Positions 28,220-36,936 of a DNA stretch of 64,000 nucleotides are shown here, piece by piece (the first letter of the stretch is position 1; every line of letters begins with the position of its first letter). Source of the DNA: an uncultured Bacilli bacterium (GTDB taxonomy: Bacteria > Bacillota_I > Bacilli_A > RF39 > UBA660); contig CAKPMX010000003.1 in the NCBI GenBank assembly GCA_934168205.1, positions 66,753 through 130,752 on the forward strand, written 5' to 3'. The notes under the pieces are model-generated. The model was not told the DNA's origin. It made no database searches and saw only the letters and a program-made list of their open reading frames with translations. The position numbers were made by a program, and so were the translations under genes.

Positions 28220-28393
28220 TTATCTTCTTTCTAATACGATCATACCATTAGGATCATTGTTAGAAATATTATCCCATTGGCTATTTATTGAATTTTTGAT
28301 ATTTGGCCACATAATCCAGAAAAAACCAATAACAGCTGCTATAGCAATTAAAGTAATTACTGTTAAGTTTAATTCTCCTGTTGCTGCTTTCAT
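28220..28393 (-). CDS. Flp-type/type IV-like minor-size pilin (57 aa), absent from the ORF track
   Basis: Hand translation: MKAATGELNLTVITLIAIAAVIGFFWIMWPNIKNSINSQWDNISNNDPNGMIVLERR. AAAGGAG SD. The position between tadC and the tadE-like gene matches tad loci. Confidence 0.6.
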   Translation of the reverse strand: MKAATGELNLTVITLIAIAAVIGFFWIMWPNIKNSINSQWDNISNNDPNGMIVLERR

Positions 28394-28426
28394 CTACGCA
28401 TCGCTCCTTTCTATTATTACAATTTT

Positions 28427-28455
28427 ATTATAGCAAAATGTATTATTTTTATCAA
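28427..28455 (-). promoter_or_regulatory. Near-consensus sigma-A promoter for the Flp-like pilin gene
   Basis: Minus strand TTGATA (28450-28455), 17 nt, TATAAT (28427-28432). Confidence 0.6.
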
Positions 28456-28463
28456 TATTTTTT

Positions 28464-29273
28464 CTACATATTAAACATCATCATCATAGAGATTAAAATT
28501 ATTAACATAACGCCAACACCAGTTACTACTAACATAACCATGGTTTGACTTTCCATATGACCAAGACGTTCTTTATACTTAGTTTCACGGGCTTTATTTT
28601 GAAGATTTGATACCGTTCTTGAAAACATCATTAATCTTTCTTGTTTCTTTTCTTGTGATCCTAAACCTAATCTATATAACAAACGCATCATACGCATAGA
28701 ATCACGTACAGGATAAGTATTTGCAAAATCCATATATGGATCAATACTTGCATCACCTGAATTTATTTTATTAATCAATTCTCTTAAACCTGGTTTGAAA
28801 ATTTCAGGAGCATCATCTATAGATTTACCTAATGCTACTGGTACAGTATAGTGTTGAATTAAGATTTCCAAACTTTTTAAGTAATATGGTAACATTATGT
28901 CTATTTCGTGTAGATGAGATTTATAAAAACTCTTAAGTTGCATGTATGGTATTTTAAACATAACTACTCCAACTACAACAGATAACACTAAGTTTAAAAA
29001 AAATTGGGAATTAAATAGAGATCCTGATGAGCCACCTGTTGCTGTTATTGCTAGTATTACTAGAAAAGCAACAATAGCATAAGTACATCTTTTCATATAT
29101 AACTGGTCTACATCTACTTCTTCTCCATATTTAGCAAAAACTAAGAATGTATAATCTTCTTCTCTAAAGGCTTGTAAATATTTTTCATTGTCAATCATAA
29201 ATTTCTTTTTATCAATGGTACCATTGTAAATAAATATTCCTATTATGATTGCTCCTACTATTAACGCTTCCAT
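28464..29273 (-). CDS. TadC-like type II secretion system F-family membrane protein
   Basis: 269 aa. TM, cytoplasmic helical domain, C-terminal TM pattern. TAATG coupling to tadB-like. Confidence 0.6.
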   Translation of the reverse strand: MEALIVGAIIIGIFIYNGTIDKKKFMIDNEKYLQAFREEDYTFLVFAKYGEEVDVDQLYMKRCTYAIVAFLVILAITATGGSSGSLFNSQFFLNLVLSVVVGVVMFKIPYMQLKSFYKSHLHEIDIMLPYYLKSLEILIQHYTVPVALGKSIDDAPEIFKPGLRELINKINSGDASIDPYMDFANTYPVRDSMRMMRLLYRLGLGSQEKKQERLMMFSRTVSNLQNKARETKYKERLGHMESQTMVMLVVTGVGVMLIILISMMMMFNM

Positions 29274-30175
29274 TATTCAGCACCTACATTCTCATTATAG
29301 TATTTTTCTCCTTTTAAAAGGAAATAAGTATTTATAATTAATACTCCATGAAGTAGGAATTTTATATACCATCTTTCTAGAAGAATGATATATGTTTCCC
29401 TACCAAGTAAGTATTGAACAAGCATAACCATTAGGTATAGCATTATACCGAATTGTAAGAATGATTTATGGAATGAGGCTCTTTCAATACGGTCTCTATA
29501 AACACTTTCTACTAACATATCTATGTCTAACTGCATGTTATCTAATGAATCAGCTGAATTTCTAGCACCTTCTTTTGTTATTTGTAAGAATAACTGGTGC
29601 ATGTTTTTTACAATGTAGTATGGATAAGTTCTGCTCATATAAGCAAGGGACTCATCAATACTACCATTTTTATAGGCTAATTCTATCATATAATCGACAT
29701 CACTTTTTACGGGATCTTCTAAAATACCAGAGTTTCTTACTCCTTCTAGAGATTTAACGAAACTTTGTGTTGTGGCAAATTCCATAATTACATTTGATGT
29801 ATATACTTGAATTTGTTCAAAGATAAATTCACTATATACTCTTTTACATCTTAAATATGATAGATATGGTACAAACATAATAACTATTAGTATATAAAAT
29901 ATACAAATAACTAAGTTATAGAAATATAGATATGTTACTGCACCAGCAAATACTGACATTCCAATTACTTGAAGAGCGTATTGCTTAGCAGTATACTCCT
30001 GACCTAACTCTTTTGTTTTCTCTCTTACTACTTTAAATGAGTAAGGAGCAAATCTATCATACATTTGTTGAACTTGGACAGTAATAAATTTTCCAACATT
30101 CTGCCCTTTATAGTTTCTATAAGCTAAAATAGCAAAGGCAATAACTATTAAAATTAATAATTCTTCTATATACAT
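29273..30175 (-). CDS. TadB-like type II secretion system F-family membrane protein
   Basis: 300 aa with the same architecture as the TadC-like protein. It follows the TadA-like ATPase. Confidence 0.6.
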   Translation of the reverse strand: MYIEELLILIVIAFAILAYRNYKGQNVGKFITVQVQQMYDRFAPYSFKVVREKTKELGQEYTAKQYALQVIGMSVFAGAVTYLYFYNLVICIFYILIVIMFVPYLSYLRCKRVYSEFIFEQIQVYTSNVIMEFATTQSFVKSLEGVRNSGILEDPVKSDVDYMIELAYKNGSIDESLAYMSRTYPYYIVKNMHQLFLQITKEGARNSADSLDNMQLDIDMLVESVYRDRIERASFHKSFLQFGIMLYLMVMLVQYLLGRETYIILLERWYIKFLLHGVLIINTYFLLKGEKYYNENVGAE

Positions 30176-30199
30176 ATTTATTACTCCCTTTTTATTTTA

Positions 30200-30826
30200 T
30201 TATTGTTGAACACCAGGATTACTATCTAATGTTGGTAATGGTTCTGGTATAACTGGTGATACACTTGGTATCACTTGTGCATTTGCATTTGGTATTACAA
30301 CAGTTTCTGGCTGTAATGGTACATTTGCTGGAGCTTCAGTTGCTGGTGTTAATGGTATAATTGGCTGAGGAACGCTAGGTTGTTGTGCTTCTTGAGTTAC
30401 TGTTGCTGGTTGCTCCGGTATTGGTTGAGTCATAACTGTTTGTAAGTTTGGTAATACTACTTCTGGTTGTAATGGTACATTTGTTGTTGATGCTGGTGTT
30501 GGTAATACTGGTGCTGTAGGTATTACTTGACTTGTACTAGGTTGTTCTGTTCCTGCAACTGTTGGTGTTGTTTGGTTTTCTGGTTGTACTTGCGTAGGTG
30601 TTGGTACTACTTCTTGATTTACAGGTGTTGCAGTTGGCAATACTGGCGCTGTTGCTGGAACAGGTTCTGAAGTTGGTATTACATTCTCAGTAGGTTTTTC
30701 ATTATTCGCAACAACAGCACTTGTCTCTAGTGTTGTACCTGCGTTTTCTTTAGACCCTTCAGTTTCTTTAGTCTTTGTTTCTGGACTAGCATTTTCTGCT
30801 GGTGCAGTAGTATCATCGTCTTTTTC
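30200..30826 (-). repeat. Degenerate in-frame coding repeats (PT-rich tail of the TadA-like ATPase)
   Basis: Recurrent DNA units such as ttctgg(c/t)tgtaatggtacatttg(c/t)tg. Peptide repeats NVPLQPE(V/T)V and APVLPT. Confidence 0.6.
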
Positions 30827-31903
30827 ATTATCAAAAGGAAGATCATCTACCATATGACTTGTAACTGAAGTGATATCAATATTTTGATTTTCTAGATATT
30901 CAATTAAATGTTTACTAGGTTTTCTAAGCATTGCTTCTTTTCCAAATACTTTTTGATATATAGTTCTACTCTTTGGCTGATTATTTTCATCAACATAAAA
31001 TTCTGTTACTTCATCCACTTCACGATGAAATTTACCTTTTTCCTTACTGTAATATGCTCTTATATGAACACCTAGTTGAATATATCTATAAATTGTTGAT
31101 AGGAACTGATTAACATCTAAGTCAGTTTCCATCAAACTATATAAACGGTATGGAATTGCTGATGCTTTATCGGCGTGAATTGTAGATAAGATATTGTGTC
31201 CTGATGATATAGAGTTACGTACAGCTGTAACTGCTTCAGCACTACGTACTTCTGATAGTAGAATCCATTTTGGATTCTGACGCATACAAGTAACTAATAC
31301 ATCAGTGTAACTAGCAACGTTATTTGTTTTCATTGCTACTATATCACGTTGTGGGAATATTTTATCTAAGTGCAATTCCAATGTATCTTCAATAGTAATA
31401 ATTTTTTCATTTGTTTTAGTATGACTGGCAAGGTATTTTACAAACTCTGTTTTACCTGAACCAGTTTCACCAGATACGATTATGTTACAATGTCCTTCTA
31501 CACATTTAATTAAAATATCATGAATATCTTGTGTGAAATAATCGTCTTTAAGTAATTTTTCTTTTTCTAGACGTATTTTAGCTGGTGTTTTACGTATAAC
31601 CATAGCAATACCATTTGTTGCTATTGAAGGATGTACAAAGTTAAGACGTAATTCACTTGATTCAGCATCTAGAAATGGCTTAGCATTATTGAAAGTTGTT
31701 CCCATGACGTTAGAACATTGAAATGCTAGTTTTTCTACAAACTCTGGTGTTGCTCCGTTAACTTCTACCCGAATAGAGCCTTGTGTTAGAGAACGAATCC
31801 ATATCTGCCCATTATTATCATAGGATATATCAGTAATGTCATCATCATCTAATAGGGATTTTAAAGGCCCAAAATCAAGTTTATCAAAAATATTTTCGTT
31901 CAT
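30200..31903 (-). CDS. TadA/CpaF-family secretion ATPase with a ~205-aa P/T/Q/V-rich C-terminal tail
   Basis: Walker A SGETGSGKTEFVKYL. Asp box IITIEDTLEL. Walker B ILLSEVRSAEA. His box LSTIHAD. The tail runs from about aa 360 to 567. Confidence 0.85.
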   Translation of the reverse strand: MNENIFDKLDFGPLKSLLDDDDITDISYDNNGQIWIRSLTQGSIRVEVNGATPEFVEKLAFQCSNVMGTTFNNAKPFLDAESSELRLNFVHPSIATNGIAMVIRKTPAKIRLEKEKLLKDDYFTQDIHDILIKCVEGHCNIIVSGETGSGKTEFVKYLASHTKTNEKIITIEDTLELHLDKIFPQRDIVAMKTNNVASYTDVLVTCMRQNPKWILLSEVRSAEAVTAVRNSISSGHNILSTIHADKASAIPYRLYSLMETDLDVNQFLSTIYRYIQLGVHIRAYYSKEKGKFHREVDEVTEFYVDENNQPKSRTIYQKVFGKEAMLRKPSKHLIEYLENQNIDITSVTSHMVDDLPFDNEKDDDTTAPAENASPETKTKETEGSKENAGTTLETSAVVANNEKPTENVIPTSEPVPATAPVLPTATPVNQEVVPTPTQVQPENQTTPTVAGTEQPSTSQVIPTAPVLPTPASTTNVPLQPEVVLPNLQTVMTQPIPEQPATVTQEAQQPSVPQPIIPLTPATEAPANVPLQPETVVIPNANAQVIPSVSPVIPEPLPTLDSNPGVQQ

Positions 31904-31932
31904 CTAACCAACCTCTTTCTTTTTCTTTATTC

Positions 31933-32736
31933 TTAACTTTCAGTCCATACTGTAACTTTATTAATCCAATTCTTTAAATCTTCACTTGATATTGTAATAT
32001 CTCCAGGCTTATCAGATAAGCTTTCATTTGTTGGAACTGGAATTAAAGTTGTATCATAATTTCTTAAATATTCTGCTTTTTTCAATAAGATGTACATATC
32101 TTCAGGTACAGCAAATATAATCATTGCTGGTGTTCTTTGCTCATCTAAATTAGCAAATACTGCTTGTCCTGAAGCATCTTTTACTGCTAGAACTTTAACG
32201 TTTTCAACAAGTTTTCCTAGCATGATCTTATCTGCATCTGCAGTTACTTCATTACCTGTTAATTTATTTACAGCTTTTAGGTAAATATCAATATAGTTTT
32301 CTGGATATATTGAGTTACCATATGTTGATTGTGTATTAACTGACATATTGTATAATACATATCCTTTTGGATATTTTAAAATTATACTCGCAGGTAATTG
32401 AGCTTCTTCTACTACAGCAGTTGAGTAGAATAAGCTACCTTCTGGAATAATACTATCAGGACGTGCATACTTATCAATTATTTGTGATTGTTGAGTAAGC
32501 ACGTTTCCTTTTAGCATTGAAGGTGGAACTTGAATTGTTCCAACCTTGTCTTGTGTTATTTGTGTTCCACCTTTGATAGTTTCTTTGGCATAAGGAACAG
32601 TTATTGGATTAACAGCACTTTTAACACGCATGTTATAACCAACGTATAATACTAAAACTGCAAGTACTACACCAATTACAGTTACAGTATTTTTGTTTTG
32701 TAAAAATTTCTTTAGTCCATTTGTAGTATTCCCCAT
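31933..32736 (-). CDS. CpaB/RcpC-like Flp pilus assembly protein (SAF-type domain)
   Basis: 267 aa. N-terminal TM, then ITVPYAKETIKGGTQITQDKVGTIQVP, typical of the CpaB SAF domain. It lies directly upstream of tadA. Confidence 0.6.
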   Translation of the reverse strand: MGNTTNGLKKFLQNKNTVTVIGVVLAVLVLYVGYNMRVKSAVNPITVPYAKETIKGGTQITQDKVGTIQVPPSMLKGNVLTQQSQIIDKYARPDSIIPEGSLFYSTAVVEEAQLPASIILKYPKGYVLYNMSVNTQSTYGNSIYPENYIDIYLKAVNKLTGNEVTADADKIMLGKLVENVKVLAVKDASGQAVFANLDEQRTPAMIIFAVPEDMYILLKKAEYLRNYDTTLIPVPTNESLSDKPGDITISSEDLKNWINKVTVWTES

Positions 32737-32758
32737 TTTATTTTCTCTCCTTCTTTAT

Positions 32759-33283
32759 TTAGTTACCAGTTTTATTTTTATTGGTACTATTTTCTTGCTT
32801 ATATCCTTTTTGAGGGTCAGTTGTTGTTATAGGCTGACCTAACTCATTTTCAGGATCTAAATAAGCATTCTTAAGATACATATCATTTGTTATGGTTGAT
32901 TCAACGATTCCATCAAAACTTGTAGACATTATTAAGTTTTGACTATCGAAACTAAGAACTGTTGCTGAATCAACTTTTACACTTACTTTTGGTGGAACTT
33001 CATTTAAATCATAAAATCCTATTTTGTAGTTTCTAGTATTATCTACGCTATCAGCAAAACGTCTTAGGAAGCTTTCTACAAATTTGTCTTTATCCATTCT
33101 AATGGCACCATTATCACGATAGTATTTAATATCAATTGCATCTTCAATTGCGGCTTCTGTTGTTTCTTTTACTAAGTAATAATCTAATTCATTACCAGTA
33201 GAATAATTAGAAATAACATTTATTAATAACAATCCCATTAACGCTAGAATAATTATACCAACTGTTAACATTCCTTTATTCAT
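32759..33283 (-). CDS. Pseudopilin-like protein
   Basis: 174 aa. Leader MNKG followed by MLTVGIIILALMGLLLINVI, then a globular domain. Confidence 0.4.
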   Translation of the reverse strand: MNKGMLTVGIIILALMGLLLINVISNYSTGNELDYYLVKETTEAAIEDAIDIKYYRDNGAIRMDKDKFVESFLRRFADSVDNTRNYKIGFYDLNEVPPKVSVKVDSATVLSFDSQNLIMSTSFDGIVESTITNDMYLKNAYLDPENELGQPITTTDPQKGYKQENSTNKNKTGN

Positions 33284-33286
33284 ATA

Positions 33287-36133
33287 CTAACCTCCTATTC
33301 CAGTTAAACTTGAATAGTTATTACAAGAGTCATTTTCTTGGTTGTTACATCCAAGTTTTCCTACTTTGTTTATATACTTACTGTCTAATGTACTTCCAAG
33401 TCCTCTAAATAGTGAACTATTATATACTGATACTCCGTTTACTATTTCAAATTTACCAGTAAAGTTTGTATAGTTTCCAGATGTAGTATGTTTTCTTATA
33501 GCTTTTAAGGCCTCTCTGTCGAGTACAAATTCATATTCTAGATTAGTGTCTGAATATGTTTCTCCGTTTCTTTCTTTTGTTTGAATATCTTCTAATAATG
33601 CAGTTGGAGCAATTATATAATCTTCGTTCTTTAAGTTTGTGGCATTAATTGTCCAGTTAAATCCTGGTGTTCTTCCTGTTTTCGTTGCATCAGTTGTATC
33701 ATTTCCTTCAGGTGATGGGAACAAATCTGCAGTATCTACCGTACGGATACGATATCTTTGTGCTGGATCTTTATCTTTTATATCATCACAGTTTTTATCA
33801 ATACATGTTTTGCTTGTATCACCTGGATCCTTTTTGCCTGCTGTATCGTATAATGCATAGAAACAGCTTACATCTATTTTCCAACTAAAATGTCCAAAAT
33901 CACTTGTAGAAGCTTTAATATTGTAATCTGTGACAGCTGCTTTTAGTTGTTCATCAGTCATTGTTTCTCCAGTTACAGCATTTTTCTTTTCATTCATAGC
34001 TCCGTAATACCACCAGCCAACGTTTACATCTGCTGAATTTAGACTCGTACAGAACTTATCCTTTTTCTTATGCCATGTTTTGTCTTCTTTTTCTTTATAG
34101 CTTATTTCACCTGTTTTATTATTAATCCAAGTACCAGGGAAACTCCATTCTGTCATGTATTTATTCTTGTTTATTGTTTCTCCATAACAGTCTGATCTAT
34201 TTAAAATTATATTTGAATTATCATGAATATCAACTGCTGAACCAGTATTTGTTAAAGTTGCAGCATCATAGTTAATCCAATTATCTTCATTAGGCTTATC
34301 CTTAGTTTTATTGTTGACTTTAATAGTGAATTCTGCTGTTTTTGTTGAACATGAAGCTTCAGCTGAACAACTGCTAATAAAGTCATTATACTCGTTTAAG
34401 TCTGCTTCATAGTCCCCTTCTACATCACTATTATTTAATGGCTCGCCGTTGTCACATCCTGTGTAATAGCACGTGCTATAACACCATCTTGCTTTATCAT
34501 TAATATAATTTCCAGCTCTTTCACCGGCATCAACTTTGAATCCGTCTGCGTCTGGTGCATATAATTGATATGCATTATCTTGTCTACGCCATGTACCAAT
34601 TTTTACGCAGTTGATATCATCATTATATGTTCTAGCTGCTATTGCATTATTAGCAAAATAGTATCTAGAATATTTTGTCCAATAATATTTTCCAGCTTTC
34701 CATTTTATTTTATTATTATCATTTTTATCTCGATAATAATACCCAAATTCCGATTTTGTTTCTTTTTTATCTCCAGCTAACATAGCCTGTGACAATTCTG
34801 TGGCTGTTTTAGCATTTCCAATCGTGCAACTTATTTCGTTGGCTATTTGTTTCATTTCATAGCTTAACTTTGCTTTTGTACCATCAGAATAGACCTTGTT
34901 ATAACATTTATTAATGCAACTTTGTGTATATTTTCCATTGTCACATGAATTTATACAACTATCAAACTCCTCATTTGGACCTGCTTGATTAAAGGTACCA
35001 AAACGCCCTGTACATTGTGGTGTTGGAGTACAAACATTATAGTCATTTGGAGACGGTGGCGTACCGGATGCCTTTGTTGTACATTCTACAGTACTTGTTA
35101 CTTTGACTTTATATTCAAAACACAATCCAGCAATTGACGCAACTGGCGGACCATATTCTACAACTAGAGTTTCACTACATGCTTTTTCACATTCGTATTG
35201 ATTGTTACCTATTGTTTTTGTTTTTTTATCTACCCTATATGCATAATAGGTACTTGAATTTAAATACTGATATTCGTTACCAGCTTTATACCCTTCTGGC
35301 AGTATTGCTGGACATGTTTCTTGTATTCCTTTTTCAAATTCATCTCTGCTCGATTTAGTTGATAAATCAAATTCTTTTTTTATTCCAGCTGGTTTTTGCA
35401 ATTGACTATTGCCAGATGCATTATTTGCCAATTTATATCTTGTTATTTCTGAGGAAATCATTTTAGCAATGGTAGTTGCTGAGTAGTTTGAACTGACGTA
35501 TTGACTATTGCAATATGCAAGACTTATGTTCCCTGCATATTTTAAATACTCCTCTTTGTTAATGTTACCATTCATAGCATCATAATTTTTCTTATCATCT
35601 ATACTAGGCCATGTTCCGTTTCTTAAATATGCACAAATGCCATAATAGTTATCATTATATACTTGGTCTCTTTTTGTAGAAACACCAACATAAACGATTT
35701 CACCTTTGACATAAAAACTAGCGTTTTTGTCTTCTTGTATACTTTTATAACTTTCACCTTTTCTAATCTTTTCCATTATTGCTTCATTATCTTTGTAGCA
35801 ACTGCTTCCGACATAAACTCTCGTTATTGTAATGTCTTGAATAATATTTGGATTATATAAGATTGTAATCGGTGCTGAACTATTTAAATCATACTCCTCT
35901 ACCCTAGATATGGGATTCCCATCACTGTCAACCATTTCTTGATCTCGCTGTCTTTCTACAAAAACCTTAAATTGTCCAGATTTAGTACTTAATGTTATCG
36001 TCCCATTTTTATCATTCACAAGTTTTTCACCATATGAATCTTGACATTTTTCGGCATTTACGTCTAGACATAAAAAGAAGCTAAGACATATAAATAAAAA
36101 TCCCTTTATTATGCTTTTATATTTCTTTTTCAT
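33287..36133 (-). CDS. Large Cys-rich secreted protein (candidate adhesin/tip protein)
   Basis: 948 aa. Signal peptide ...FLCLDVNA/EK. About 29 Cys in the mature part by my count, with a dense cluster around aa 315-415. No TM or sorting signal. Confidence 0.6.
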   Translation of the reverse strand: MKKKYKSIIKGFLFICLSFFLCLDVNAEKCQDSYGEKLVNDKNGTITLSTKSGQFKVFVERQRDQEMVDSDGNPISRVEEYDLNSSAPITILYNPNIIQDITITRVYVGSSCYKDNEAIMEKIRKGESYKSIQEDKNASFYVKGEIVYVGVSTKRDQVYNDNYYGICAYLRNGTWPSIDDKKNYDAMNGNINKEEYLKYAGNISLAYCNSQYVSSNYSATTIAKMISSEITRYKLANNASGNSQLQKPAGIKKEFDLSTKSSRDEFEKGIQETCPAILPEGYKAGNEYQYLNSSTYYAYRVDKKTKTIGNNQYECEKACSETLVVEYGPPVASIAGLCFEYKVKVTSTVECTTKASGTPPSPNDYNVCTPTPQCTGRFGTFNQAGPNEEFDSCINSCDNGKYTQSCINKCYNKVYSDGTKAKLSYEMKQIANEISCTIGNAKTATELSQAMLAGDKKETKSEFGYYYRDKNDNNKIKWKAGKYYWTKYSRYYFANNAIAARTYNDDINCVKIGTWRRQDNAYQLYAPDADGFKVDAGERAGNYINDKARWCYSTCYYTGCDNGEPLNNSDVEGDYEADLNEYNDFISSCSAEASCSTKTAEFTIKVNNKTKDKPNEDNWINYDAATLTNTGSAVDIHDNSNIILNRSDCYGETINKNKYMTEWSFPGTWINNKTGEISYKEKEDKTWHKKKDKFCTSLNSADVNVGWWYYGAMNEKKNAVTGETMTDEQLKAAVTDYNIKASTSDFGHFSWKIDVSCFYALYDTAGKKDPGDTSKTCIDKNCDDIKDKDPAQRYRIRTVDTADLFPSPEGNDTTDATKTGRTPGFNWTINATNLKNEDYIIAPTALLEDIQTKERNGETYSDTNLEYEFVLDREALKAIRKHTTSGNYTNFTGKFEIVNGVSVYNSSLFRGLGSTLDSKYINKVGKLGCNNQENDSCNNYSSLTGIGG

Positions 36134-36929
36134 TCTTTTCGCCGCCTTTCATTATTTTCTTTATTTCATCATATTTTTTATTTTCTTTGACTGAGTAGTT
36201 TTGGATTTTTTCATCGTCTCGAACCATTCTTGCGTCTATTTTATATGTATACATTGCTGTAGCACCATAAAATCTAGTACATGTTGCTAAAGTTATAATG
36301 TTATCATTTTCATCTACATCAACGTCAAAGTCATAAAAACTATCTTGTAATGAGTCATCTATATATGTTTTTAATTCTGTTTTAGAATAATTATCTGTAT
36401 TATATAGTAAGTGATCTTCTTCTACTATTGATACTGAAAATATTTTGTATAAATAATTTTTTCCGTTAATTGTATACTGAATATACTTATTTTCTTTAGC
36501 AAAGTCCAAATACATAAATGATGGTAATTGTTCAAATCTAGTATGATTTTTATCAGTAATTACAGGATTAGATGAAACATTACGAATGTTATGTCCAAGG
36601 ATATAGACATAATTCGTTATTTTATCAACGTTGTCTATTACCCAAGTGAAGTCATCCATTTTTGTTTGAAGTTCATCTTGACTTTTTGTATATATAACTG
36701 GGTAATCAACATTTGTTCCTTGAACCCTTATCCAGCCTATCGTTGTAGTATCTTTATTTTCTTTTGCATACTTTTTAATTTTTTCTGTTCTATCTTTTAT
36801 TTGATAGAATGGTTTAATATTTGAAATAATTCTTATTAGCCCAAATACTAGTAAAATAGCTATTGCTACTAATAAAAGAGTTGTTAATACAGTTGTATAT
36901 ATTAATCTTTTATTTTTGCTTTTTTTCAT
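36117..36929 (-). CDS. srtB: Class B sortase
   Basis: 270 aa. N-terminal TM. IGWIRVQGTNVDYPVIY. Catalytic His in ILGHN. TLATCT (TLxTC) Cys motif. Confidence 0.8.
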   Translation of the reverse strand: MKKSKNKRLIYTTVLTTLLLVAIAILLVFGLIRIISNIKPFYQIKDRTEKIKKYAKENKDTTTIGWIRVQGTNVDYPVIYTKSQDELQTKMDDFTWVIDNVDKITNYVYILGHNIRNVSSNPVITDKNHTRFEQLPSFMYLDFAKENKYIQYTINGKNYLYKIFSVSIVEEDHLLYNTDNYSKTELKTYIDDSLQDSFYDFDVDVDENDNIITLATCTRFYGATAMYTYKIDARMVRDDEKIQNYSVKENKKYDEIKKIMKGGEKNEKEI

Positions 36930-36936
36930 ACTATCC

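Noticed and set aside
30200-31903. The secretion ATPase could be a VirB11 belonging to the T4SS rather than TadA.
   Set aside because: It is immediately followed by two T2SS-F-family (TadB/TadC-like) genes and a Flp-like pilin, and it is preceded by a CpaB-like gene. This context favours TadA/CpaF. The families are related, so phylogeny is needed for certainty.
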